Assembly: GCA_030141605.1 (NCBI GenBank)
Contig: JAQGDQ010001837.1
Coordinates: 1-23,655 of the forward strand
Length of the DNA: 23,655 bases
Origin: Tubiluchus corallicola
Taxonomy: Eukaryota; Animalia; Priapulida
Direction of reading: 5' to 3'
Of the stretch, positions 9,855-20,688 are shown one piece after another (positions within the stretch are counted from its first letter, which is position 1; each line of letters opens with the position of its first letter). Under the pieces are notes generated by a model. The model was not told where the DNA came from and did not search any database. It was given only the letters and a program-made list of their open reading frames with translations. The position numbers and the translations under genes were made by a program.

Positions 9855-10544
9855 GAGGGAGCCTAAGATGTACCATTTGCCGGTGGATTGAACAAATTAA
9901 CATACGACTGAAGGCCTTACTTGATAATGGAAGTTAAACAACACCGAGTCTGTCATTAAATGAATGAGTGATCGCGAGGAACATTGTTTCTACACGGTTT
10001 CGTTTGCCATTCTGTTGGCAGATTATATACATACTTTCAAATGTACATATAAGTAAAAGAGAGAATTGTGATAACTTTATCTGAAAAGGTAAAATTGTTT
10101 GTGACACCTGTCAGCGTTCCGAAATGACAATCAAAGGTTTTACTTTGAATTTTGCCGACATTATAAAACGCTGCAATAAATTTTTATGATCATCTTCAAC
10201 GAGGTTCTCTTTCTTTGTGTGTTGCCTTAGTATAAAGCAGAACACAAAACTTTTATTCAAAAACGCGCATCAAATATGGAATAATACTAGCGAACAGTAT
10301 CTGGGTCAACGCGATATCTAAGTGTGCTGCTCTATGCAAGATGCCTTTGATATTGAGGAGTTTATATATTTCTTCTGTCCCAGTTTCAATTGTGATTCTC
10401 AATCTGATCAGAGCTGTCTTCACCGACGATGTATTGATGGTCTAATAAAGTATAATACACGCCCACGTAAAAGATAAAGACTCAATCGTAAGACGGTTTA
10501 TCTAAGTTGTGCATTTTAATTCTGACATTCACCAACATGTTTAA

Positions 10545-11222
10545 AGGAAAAGCTAAGCAATTTTCAACTCTGGGTCAACACACTGAATCTCTTACAGTGG
10601 CACTGTACTTCCATTTTCGCTTTCGCAAACACATGCATCATGTTCGTGGAATATTTTTGCTGTTGAAAATTATGTTCGTTTGTGATGTCATCAGCATTTC
10701 GGCTCGCCTGCCGTTTATTAAGTTTTTCATTTATTATTTGTGAGAAACGTTTTCGTAGTATTATTGTTGTTAAAATGGGGTAGAGTCGGCGGCGGATTAT
10801 GATTTTATGGGCCTTAGGCTTGAGCTTGGAACGGGCCTTTTAAATGTTGCTACACTGTTGAGCTGACGTGTTTTTGTGGAGCTCTCGTCGGGCCCTTTGT
10901 GGTGCCCCCAGAAAAATTCGGAAACTGAAATTTTGAACTTAAACTTAAACTGTGTAAACGTGAATTGTGTAAACTTAAATTGTGTAAACTTGATTTGTGT
11001 AAACCCGATTTGAAATATAGTGACTGACTTTTGAAAAAAAATCTTTTTTCTATATTTTATTTTGGCGGGCCCCTTGCTCTTTTGTCAATTTTTTTTACAA
11101 AAAATTTTTTTTCCGTTTTATTTTGCCGGGCCCCTTTTGATCCCGGGCCTTAGGCTTCAGCCTATTCAGCCTATAGGGCTATCCGCTACAGGGTAGAGTA
11201 TAAAAAATCATCCTGTCTTCCT
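10545..11222 (+). mobile_element. Kolobok-like family B (shorter variant)
   Basis: TTAA at 10541-10544 and 11223-11226; termini aggaaaag / gtcttcct; homology to 4995-5215 and 5587-5605. Confidence 0.72.
10787..11191. mobile_element. hAT-like MITE with 8-bp TSD
   Basis: ggtagagt is duplicated at 10779-10786 and 11192-11199. Imperfect TIR cggcggcggat / atccgctacag; repeated gggccc/gggcct motifs; internal 15-bp tandem at about 10940-11011. Confidence 0.82.
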
Positions 11223-11754
11223 TTAACAGAACTTGATACTTGCCTAACAGCTCTTTCTAAATCTCGAATGAGTTAATAATTAAAGTTTGAAGACAGTAAA
11301 AATCTAATTAAAATGACAGCGTACGTCGTGATCTATTTATTCTCAAACCAGAATAATTATGTCAACATTAACTGGAGTCTAGCACTTTGTGTTTAATGTG
11401 TTCAGTACCGTATAAAATTTACGCTTGTACTAAATTACATACGTAACGGTTGATACGACATATTTCACTTATTAGACAGATTATTACATTTTTAATTTTG
11501 CAGCAAATAGCACAAAGAGAATATAGTAAATAAATAAATAAAGTTTATTTGTCCTTGTAGGTTGCCAGTGTAAATGTGGTTTTTGGTAGAAAATCTATTT
11601 AGATTCTCGGCAGGTGTTGCACATAACAGTAATTAGTGTTTGTAGAAAAACTGTCTATGAAACGATAATACGTCACGTGGTGCACCTTAAATTAGTCCAA
11701 AATGTGTAAGACATGTTTGAATTGATTTTTTAGGCTACTGTACATGATGATTAA

Positions 11755-12458
11755 GAAAAAGAACAAGTCACTCAGTATATTGAGTTTATTTTACTGTTAT
11801 CACTTAAACTGTTTGTGGTGTGCTAAAGGAAAGAACACGTCACTCAGTATGTTGGGTTTGTTTTACTGTTATCACTTAAACTGTTTGTAGTGTGCTAAAG
11901 GAAAGAACAAGTCACTCAGTATGTTGGGTTTATTTTACTGTTATCACTTAAACTGTTTGTGGTGTGCTAAAGGAAAGAACAAGTCACTCAGTATGTTGGG
12001 TTTATTTTACTGTTATCACTTAAACTGTTTGTGGTGTGCTAAAGGAAAGAACAAGTCACTCAGTATGTTGGGTTTATTTTACTGTTATCACTTAAACTGT
12101 TTGTGGTGTGCTAAAGGAAAGAACAAGTCACTCAGTATGTTGGGTTTATTTTACTGTTATCACTTAAACTGTTTGTGGTGTGCTAAAGGAAAGAACAAGT
12201 AACTCAGTATGTTGGGCTTATTTTACTGTTATCACTTAAACTGTTTGTGGTGTGCTAAAGGAAAGAACAAGTCACTCAGTATGTTGGGTTTATTTTACTG
12301 TTATCACTTAAACTGTTTGCGGTGTGCTAAAGGAAAGAACAAGTCACTCAGTATGTTGGGCTTATTTTACTGTTATCACTTAAACTGTTTGTGGTGTGCT
12401 AATGGAAAGCACAAGTCACTCAGTATGTTGTGTTTATTTTACTGTTATGACTTAAATT
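11755..12458. repeat. 72-bp tandem repeat, about 9.8 copies
   Basis: Unit aggaaagaacaagtcactcagtatgttgggtttattttactgttatcacttaaactgtttgtggtgtgctaa; near-identical copies with no spacers. Confidence 0.97.
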
Positions 12459-12963
12459 TAGAAAAATATGACAAAGAAATTTGCAAAAAACTGCCTATAA
12501 AGCATAAATTTAAAATATACTATCTCTGTATAGAAATTTTCACGCGTGGTGGTTGCTGCCATTCACTTGAAAATCGTGACGTAACTGGCGTACTTCGTGA
12601 CTTTTCGTAAGCGCATCGTAGATTTTCGTGCGCGTGCGCTGCTTAAACTAATTCAAACTTCTGCAGCTTACCTAATGTTCACGCAAAAATATTAGAAAAT
12701 TACCTATCCAACTTTTTTGCAAAAACTTATTATACTTTTGTTGAAGACTGACAGTGCGCTACTTTTCTTCAAAACGATTGACGTCATTGGTGGAAGAATG
12801 AGCGTTGAAAATGGGAGCCGCCCCCAAGCATGAAGTGATCGCGACTTTAAAGTGATTTTACTAATTACACGAGGCGCTTATTGCAGTTTTATTACTAAAT
12901 CCTTCTAACATTTTTCACGAACATTGAAATAAGCCTAACTTGCCAGAAGAGTTGGCCGTTCCT
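11755..12963 (+). mobile_element. Kolobok-like family C with amplified left terminus
   Basis: TTAA at 11751-11754 and 12964-12967; TIR aggaaagaacaagtc vs aggaacggccaactc. The body is the reverse complement of 15763-16268. Confidence 0.78.
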
Positions 12964-13339
12964 TTAAGCTCATTTTCAACCCTATTAATCCAGCAGATAG
13001 CACCATCTCATGATGCTTCTTTTTTCTTATCAATAGATGCCGTTACGTTCAGGACTGTACGTTGAGCATAATATACACTTACTGGTATTACTTACAGCGT
13101 TTATCATGCCATCTAGCGAAATGATTTCTAACTAACAGAATCTACTACACCTTTTTACCGTGTCCAGATTTTCGCGCACTGCTATATATTTTTTAGACAA
13201 ATAATTGGAATTGTTCAGCAAAATTTTAGTGTCAGAGAGCGTGTCTTGTTCATAATAGTAAAATCAGTGGCTGTAGAAGATTTATGGTAAATTTTTTTTA
13301 TTAAATGTCGCCCATGATGGATTTTTCAAAAAGTCTGTC

Positions 13340-13835
13340 TTGTTGTTGTTGCCATCCTTCTGTCTCGGAAGACAATGGAATGTGCGCCAAGAGAGTCAGG
13401 TATTGTTCACATTGATGGAGCTGCAGCGTCGACTGTGGCTGAGCAGTCCGATCCTTGAACGTCTCCAAGGCGTACGCCTGGGCAAGGTGTATGGAGATCC
13501 TGAGTTGCCCAGACAACAGGAACCCCCTCTCTTCCTCCCTGGTGTAGTCCAAAGGAAAGCGGAGAGATACGTTTGGCACCAGGCTGGCTGCAGGAGCTGC
13601 CAGAGTCAGTGAGCATGCTGCACTGGTCCGCCTTCGCGGCTCCACTCCTGATTTGGAAGGTTTACTCCTCTACACATGACCCTTGGGTCACTTGACCTCC
13701 TCCGCCCTCTAGCCGTTGGCTGCTTGTACAGCTCCTCCGCCTAGTGTCGAGATACAGTGTGGGCATCCCGGAAGCCTACAGCACTTCTTATTCCTAGGCG
13801 GTCACCCATCCAAGTACTAACCAGGCTCTACGTTG
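13340..13835 (-). mobile_element. 5S-derived SINE copy 2, truncated inside the 5S head
   Basis: Same body as 3637-4064, (CAA)n tail at 13340-13351, only the 3' half of 5S retained. Confidence 0.88.
13772..13835 (-). pseudogene. Partial 5S rRNA (3' 64 nt)
   Basis: aagcctacagcac...ggcggtcacccatccaagtactaaccaggctctacgttg is the reverse complement of the 5S 3' half. Confidence 0.88.
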
Positions 13836-13849
13836 TACTATTGCATTAA

Positions 13850-14303
13850 AGAAGAAGAAATGACAATTTGAAAGTACGTGTCCCAAGAAAACTTTCCACA
13901 CAAAGTTATATTACTTAGCATTACGCTTACCGACTTGAAATATTTACGTAACTAGAAAAGAAAATTCTTATTAATTTAAAATGTGCCAACTGGTAAAATG
14001 TCTCACTGCATCCCAGGATGCACCACTGATTCACCAAAAACACATTGATTTACTGGCAATACAAAGTAATCTAAATTTTTGCTTCGTTAGCGAAAAGTAT
14101 GCTACGGATGCTCTGATTATTTTTTCAAACTTTACACAATGTTATCTAACTTTGTTTCAAACGATCTGCTGTCAAAATGGCGGCGCCTAACTGTCATCGC
14201 GGGAGTCTAAATTTACAAGTTTTACACAGTGTAACTCAAGTTCTGTAGGCAATAAGACAGCTTTCAAGTTAAGCTTTATTTATGAAGAATGTTTTCTTGT
14301 GCT
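13850..14303 (-). mobile_element. Kolobok-like family A, inverted, internally deleted
   Basis: TTAA at 13846-13849 and 14304-14307; ends ttttcttgtgct; reverse-complement homology to 8237-8700. Confidence 0.72.
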
Positions 14304-14667
14304 TTAAAGTACAAGTCAAGCTGCTAGCCAAGCAGAAAGCAGTAAATGATTAGCAACAAAATTGCTCTCCCACCACCAAGTCCACAGTGAAATGCACTTT
14401 AGATAATTAGTTTTTACTACTTCGTTCTAAAACCGCGAAAGCTTCGTCGTAGTTCGTCAGTTTTGAAAAGAATTGACAACATCCAGGGAGCAGCTAGGCG
14501 AGAATGTTATCAAACAAGCGTGTGATTCGTCTTCCATTCAGGAAAAACTGTTTTCCAGTTTCACTCAGCGTAGAAGAATGAGAATGCCGTACATTGATTC
14601 ACTAGGTTGATATTAACGGAGATGCGAACAGATGTACACTTTTCTAAATTACAAACTACTCAATACA

Positions 14668-14962
14668 TGTTGGTTGGCATCCTTCTGTCTCGGAAGACAA
14701 TGGAGTGTGCGCCAAGAGAGTCAGTTATTGATCACATTGATGGAGCTGCAGCGTCGACTGTGGTTGAGTAATCATTTCTAGGGCGCACGCCTGGGCAAGG
14801 TGTATGTAGATCCTGAGTTGCCCAGACAACAGGAACCCCCTCTCTTCCTCCCTGGTGTAGTCCAAAGGAAAGCGGAGCGATACGTTTGGCAACAGGTTGG
14901 CTGCTGGAGCTGCCAGAGTCAGTGAGCATGCTGCACTGGTCCACCTTCGGGACTCCACTCCT
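14668..14962 (-). mobile_element. 5S-derived SINE copy 3, body only
   Basis: Same 3' end as the other two copies. Candidate TSD ctcaataca (14659-14667) / ctcaatgca (14961-14969). Confidence 0.85.
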
Positions 14963-15170
14963 CAATGCAGGAATGTAAATTTTCCTGGCACAGCTTCACT
15001 AGATAATGCCACACGGTTAAATAATAATATGAGCGATGGAGACAGATGTACGCGTTTTCAAACTATAAGTTTCATTCGACATAGAGGAATACACTTTTCT
15101 CACTTGTGACAATGAAACCTGCAGCATTGTTATCGTTATTTTCTCAGAACTGTTCACTTTGGGAACTATT

Positions 15171-15224
15171 ACACACACACAAACACACACACACACACAC
15201 GCACGCACGCACGCACACACACAC
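15171..15224. repeat. (CA)n/(CACG)n microsatellite
   Basis: Direct reading. Confidence 0.95.
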
Positions 15225-16268
15225 AAAGGGATACTCAGTCGGACCGCTTTAATCATTTCTGACTCGAATGCGTTGAACAAGAAACTTAAAGGTATAAGCG
15301 AAATAAACGATCTTTAGGGACATCCTGTATTTGTATTTTCAGTTTTAAGTTGAATGTAGATTAATGACGCTTTTGCAAAGAAACAACTCTTAATGATGAT
15401 AGAAATGCTGTTGCCGTCACTGTAACATGTAATCACAAAACATGTCCGCAGGAGGGCGCCAATTAATAACCCATTAGTCACGTGACTCAGAGAAAATAGA
15501 GTAAAAACGACAGAAGAAGAGCGTGAGAAAAAAACTAACTCAGTCAACGTAATTATTCTTAAACTTTTTCACAGGAAACGAATTTTACGTGGCTCGACTG
15601 TCCAATTTTCTAAAAGGTGAGTCTCGTCTCCCCCTCCCCCTTATATTAACGTGACGTAAGTACAGCATGTATCAAGTGGCACAAAAAAGTGTCAACGTTT
15701 TTTCTCTATATTGTTAGTCACTATATTGTAAGAAGAAACTAATAGAATCGCTTGGAAATTAAAGGAAAAGTCAAGCGTTCTAGGAGGTTAGGCTTATTTC
15801 AATGTTTAGAAAGATTTAGTCATAAACCTGCAATAAGCGCCTCGTGTAATTAGTAAAATCACTTTAAAGTCGCAATCAGTTCATGCTTGGACGCTCCCAT
15901 TTTGAATGAGCATTCTTCTTCCAATGACGTCATTCGTCTTGAAGAAAAGCAGCGCACTGTCAATCTTTCATCAAAAGTATAGTATGTTTTACAAAAAATT
16001 TTGTGATATTTTGTACGAACATTAGATAAGCTGCAAAAAGTTTGAATTAGTTTAAGCAGCGCGCTCATACGGAAAGCCACAACGCGCTTACGAAAAGTCA
16101 CGATGTCTCCCAGTTACGTCATGATTTTTAAGTGAATGCCGGCAACCACTGCGCCAGAAAATTTCTATTCTGAGTAGTGTATTTTAAATTTATACTTTAT
16201 AGAGAGTTTTTTGCAAATTTCTTTGTTATATTTCTCTAAGTTTAAGTGATAACTGTAACATAAACCCA

Positions 16269-16835
16269 TGAGAATGCGCATTTTCTCAGCTAAACTATGA
16301 CCTTTTCTCTAAAGGCTGTAAAGATAATAACGGTCATCCAATATTGCCGAATTGTAACTGTGGATTTCGATTTGAGTCTGTTGAACACTTTTTGTTGCAC
16401 TGCCCATTGTATCAACAAACTAGGGTTGTTATGTTTGATAAATTAAATGAAATACTTCTGCCCGAAAACCTTAATATAGCTGCCTTAGGAAATAATGATC
16501 TGTTGAAGTTGTTATTATTCGGTAAAGATGAATTTAACTATGTTGCTAACTGTAAAATATTCCAATGTATACATGATTTTATATTACGTACTAAACGCTT
16601 CCAGTAGTTTCTGTCTGATATGAAATGCATCAGTCTTAAATAATCGTACATTAATATTGTTTAACCGTCTTTTTCTACTAATGTCTAATGTAATCTTGTA
16701 GTAAAACTTGTCAGCTTGTGTAGTTATAGTCTATTCTTACTGTAAATGTTCTTGTAAATAGTGTATAAAGTCTGTTGGGGTGAGGATCCTAAATCATGTT
16801 GATCCAATCCTAAATAAATTATGTTTAAACTAAAC
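16269..16835 (+). mobile_element. 5'-truncated CR1-like LINE with (TAAAC)n tail and 13-bp TSD
   Basis: TSD taacataaaccca (16256-16268) / taacataaatcca (16836-16848); tail aataaattatgtttaaactaaac; ORF2 end present. Confidence 0.85.
16284..16607 (+). pseudogene. LINE ORF2 C-terminal CCHC zinc-knuckle fragment
   Basis: FSQLNYDLF...CNCGFRFESVEHFLLHCPLY...LLLFG...FILRTKRF has the C-x-C-x8-H-x4-C knuckle typical of non-LTR ORF2 ends. Confidence 0.85.
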
Positions 16836-17041
16836 TAACATAAATCCAACATGCTGAGTGAGTTGTTCTTTCCTTTAAAACGGTGATGTTACAGACGCCT
16901 GTGTATAAACAATATACATTAACAACCAAAAGCCTTAGTTTATACGAAGCTCATTCCCTTCAAAGATTTTTCCAGAGATGCAGAACCAAATGTCAGGAAA
17001 AAATTTGCGTGTCACTATTGCTAAACATGTGTATAAGCACT

Positions 17042-17223
17042 TAGTAGTGGTAGTGATAGTGATAGTGGTAGTGGTAGTGGTAGTGGTCGTGGCAGTGGCC
17101 GTGGCCGTGGCCGTGGCCGTGTCAGTGGCAGTGGCAGTGGCAGTGGCAGTGGCAGTAGCAGTAGCAGTAGCAGTAGCAGTAGCAGTAGCAGTAGCAGTAG
17201 CAGTAGTAGTAGCAGTAGTAGTA
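17042..17223. repeat. Compound tri/hexanucleotide microsatellite (GTAGTG, GTGGCC, GTGGCA, GTAGCA)
   Basis: Direct reading; the unit changes stepwise along the array. Confidence 0.95.
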
Positions 17224-18046
17224 AAATCTTTATTTGCCATTTTAAAAACATTGACCATTATAATAAAAGACAGACAATCAGTGTTAGTTCATATAAAAAA
17301 CATACACTGTTCTGGGCAAATGTGTCTGGTGCAAGTTAAACTATAAGTGCAACTAGAAATTCAAAAATAAAATATAAACTAGTTTAGTAAGGGTCTAGGA
17401 AAAATGAAATTATGATTTGAGTAAGTATGATCGTGTTCGTATGTGGGATATTCAAAACTTCTGCCTTACATTTTAACTAACTAAAAATCTACCCTGTCAC
17501 TTAACCCAGTATTTTACTTGATCCTCAATTTTTGGCAAAGGTAACATTTGGATGGAATTCCCTGTTATTTGAACAACCATATAAGGTAGTTGTTACATAA
17601 GCCTACAAACAATAACTTAGTGTTACTGCATCACTGAGACGCTTAAGCAAAGTTCAGTTATTCGGGTGGTCCCTAATGGTGCTTGTAATAATGAGCTTAA
17701 TCGCATTACTTCTTTGTGTGTTGGGAAGTGAAAACCGTTTAACTAATTACAATGACCTTATGTAATAATAACGAAAAGCGTAAACGTAAATATGGTTTTG
17801 TGCTCATTAAAAGTTTGCAGTAATTTTAGCTGATTATCAGGTACAGAGTAGCTAGTGAAGCGCCGCTCGTTATATTTGATAAACCATGCATGAATTACGT
17901 CATTTTCCTAATGAATCGTATTCATCTTTCTCATCTTGTACGTAGTTTTATGTATGTTGAAGTTTTGTTTAATATTGGAGTAAATTTTGCCCATAGCATG
18001 ACTGTAATTACATAGGCTACTCAATAGTATGTTAAATTTGTGTGGA

Positions 18047-18133
18047 TTGCTGTTGCTCGGTGTCATTGTTTTTGAGGCTGTTGTTCTTGCTGTTATTGCC
18101 GTTACTGTTGTTGTTTGCTGTTATTGTTCCTGA

Positions 18134-18175
<42 letters not shown>

Positions 18176-18791
18176 GTTGTTGTTGTTGTTGTTGTTGCTG
18201 CTGCTGTTTGTATTGTTGCTGTTGCTCGGTGTCATTACTTTTGAGGCTGTTGCTGTTTTTATTGCTGCTGTTATTATTGTTGTTGTTACTGCTGTTGCCG
18301 TTCCTGTTGTTGTTGCTGCTCCTGTTGTTGTTGACTGTTGTTGTTTCTGTTGCTGTTGCTGCTGTTATTACTGTTATTGTTGCTGCTGTTGCCGTTCCTG
18401 TTGTCGTTGCTGTTTCTGTTCCCGTTGTTGTTGTTGTTGCTGCTGCTGTTATTCCTGTTGTTCTTGCTGCTGTTGCCGTTCCTGTTGTTGTTGCTGTTCC
18501 TGTTCCCGTTGTTGTTGTTGTTGTTGCTGCTGCTGTTATTACTGTTGTTCTTGTTGCTGTTGCCGTTCCTGTTGTTGTTGCTGTTCCTGTTCCCGTTGTT
18601 GTTGTTGCTGCTGCTGTTCCTGACACTATTGTTGTTGCCGTTTCTGCTACTGTTGTTGTTGCTGTTGCTGGTGTTGTTATTGTTGCTGTTGTTGCTGTTG
18701 TCATTATTGTTGTTGTTGTTGCTGCTGTTGTTATTGTTGCTGTTGTCATTATTGTTGTTGTAGTTGCTGCTGCTGTTATTACTGTTGCTGT

Positions 18792-18826
<35 letters not shown>

Positions 18827-18838
18827 TTGTTACTGTTA

Positions 18839-18871
<33 letters not shown>

Positions 18872-18886
18872 TTGTTGCGTCGTCGT
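18047..18886. repeat. Degenerate (GTT/GCT)n tract with an ~84-87 bp higher-order unit
   Basis: Trinucleotide periodicity; the marker gccgttcctg recurs at 18297, 18391, 18475 and 18562. Confidence 0.93.
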
Positions 18887-19279
18887 CATTTCTTTCATAA
18901 ATTTCCCAAGATATAAGGTAGATTTAATTAAAAAATCAATGAATGTCAATCTGAGCTCTGCACCTGTTGACGCGTTGTCATCTTTCTCTCTTGTTCAAAC
19001 ATCATTCGTCTTGTGCTTTGAATCATACTCAGGTTGGTTGTCAGGTATGGAAGATGAGCTGAGCAATCTTGTTCAGCTAACTCTTGTTTAGGGGGTATAA
19101 TAAGTAACCAAACATCTTGCAAGTAAACAGAGAGACACTGCCTTATTGAAACATTGGCTTACTTTGCCCAGCTTGGCTAATATTTTCCAAACTATTCAGG
19201 CCAGTGTGCCTATCATATGATGCTCCTATAAGATGAGGCTAAAGCAGATTATCTTTTCCTTTGTCAATAAGACCATCGC

Positions 19280-19407
19280 CAGGTACAAATTCCAGGTGTT
19301 AAGATGCAGATTTCAAAGCAATCTTTCATTAGAAGTGCTAAAGCAGGTACAAATTCCAGGTGTTAAGATGCAGATTTCAAAGCGATCTTTCATTAGAAGT
19401 ACTGCAA
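19280..19407. repeat. 64-bp tandem duplication
   Basis: caggtacaaattccaggtgttaagatgcagatttcaaagc... at 19280 and 19344. Confidence 0.93.
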
Positions 19408-20084
19408 GAACGCGCCTAAATTCAGTCAGCTTTATTGCATTAGGATTGAATTGAATTGCGGTTTTTTGTTATCTATTTAGTTCGCTATCTTGATTACGGC
19501 CATTTTTATTGTTGTAAAAGGTTGTTTCGGTTTTAGCAAAGCTCCGTTCACACACCTATAAATCGTTTGGATCTTATTTTTGTCGCTACAAAAGAGTCTT
19601 TTCTAATGATCAGTTCAGGGCCTCAAACCTTTTTATGTCAAGTTCGAGACTAAGAACAATAAAAAAATCAAAAAAGCAAAAAAAAAAACTAAGAGAAACT
19701 AAAACGAAAAACTATTAATCTTTGCTATTTTGTTTACAGTTTTCAGTCGACAGGCTGTCAGTCTGAAGAAAAGCAGAAAATACAGCCCCCCCCCCCTAGA
19801 AAAACCCGGCGATGTAAGATCCGGCTCAGTCAACGCAAAATGCGAAATTTGTTGGTCTTAATTCAACGGTTTCCAAACCAATGTGTATTTTATCATGCAC
19901 TCCCTAGTTTAAATTTCAAAATGCAATGTAATAAATTTGGCGTGTTGACAGTGAACCTGTTCTGTGGTTTTATAAAATAGCATGATAGCATTAAGGGATG
20001 GTATCTTTACATCCTTGTTTAAATTAAAACTAGTCTTTTCCCGGATTTCGATCTTAGATCTGCAGAAAAAATTGGTCAAATAAG

Positions 20085-20330
20085 AGGGAAAGGTCAAGCC
20101 GTCTGGGAAGTTAGGATTATTTCAATGTTCGCAAAATGCTAGAATAGATAATAGAAATATTAAAAGTGCCTCTGTAATTACTAAAATCGATTTGAAGACG
20201 TGATAATTGCACGCTGCCATTTTGATAGTCCAATCTTCCACCAATGACGTCGTTTATCAACGTTATATTTTTCCTAGTTTAAGTTATAACAGTAAAATAA
20301 ACCCAACGTGCTAAGTGCGTTGTCTTTGGT
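20085..20330 (-). mobile_element. Kolobok-like family C, internally deleted
   Basis: Both ends match 15763-15930 and the 16235-16268/16849-16874 end; TTAA at 20331-20334. Confidence 0.7.
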
Positions 20331-20384
20331 TTAAGTAAATGGAATGAGTTATGACCCGAAGTGGAGCTGGGCAATATGTGGAGC

Positions 20385-20463
20385 AAGTAGAATGGATGGA
20401 GTGGAGTGAACTAAGGTGAAGTAAAGTAGAATGGATGGAGTGGAGTGGAGTGAAGTAAGGTGA
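20385..20463 (-). repeat. Two inverted monomers of the 22778-23655 satellite
   Basis: agtagaatggatggagtggagtgaagtaaggtg is the reverse complement of the satellite monomer. Confidence 0.88.
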
Positions 20464-20611
20464 AGCAACAACAACAACAGGAACGGCAACAGCAGTAACA
20501 ACAACAATAATAACAGCAGCAACAGCAACAACAACAACTGCAGCAATAAAAACAGCAACAGCCTCAAAAGTAATAACACCGAGCAACAGCAACAATACAA
20601 ACAGCAGCAGC

Positions 20612-20645
<34 letters not shown>

Positions 20646-20646
20646 C

Positions 20647-20688
<42 letters not shown>

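Larger units (their letters stand above)
15763..16874 (-). mobile_element. Kolobok-like family C, inverted, interrupted by a LINE
   Basis: TTAA at 15759-15762 and 16875-16878; reverse-complement homology to about 12400-12963. Confidence 0.8.

Noticed and set aside
11755-12458. CRISPR array or repeat protein (ORFs 11921-12202, 12209-12610)
   Set aside because: Units are contiguous with no unique spacers, the context is eukaryotic, and the ORFs arise because the 72-bp unit is divisible by 3.
14540-15140. Possible coding repeat around two acagatgtac motifs
   Set aside because: The match is short, there are stops in all frames, and no domain is recognisable.
16935-17346. Poly-AT/VA ORFs, and similar ORFs at 9706-9937, 21559-21843 and 22974-23528
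   Set aside because: They are translations of microsatellites or satellite.
17259-18045. Penelope-like pLTR with hammerhead ribozyme, or Helitron end
   Set aside because: I found no CTGANGA...GAAA core in a plausible fold and no 3' hairpin-CTRR. This was by eye only, so it is not excluded.
18032-18900. Thr-rich mucin or Cys-rich protein ORFs
   Set aside because: Multiple frames on both strands are open because of the trinucleotide repeat; there is no signal peptide or recognisable domain.
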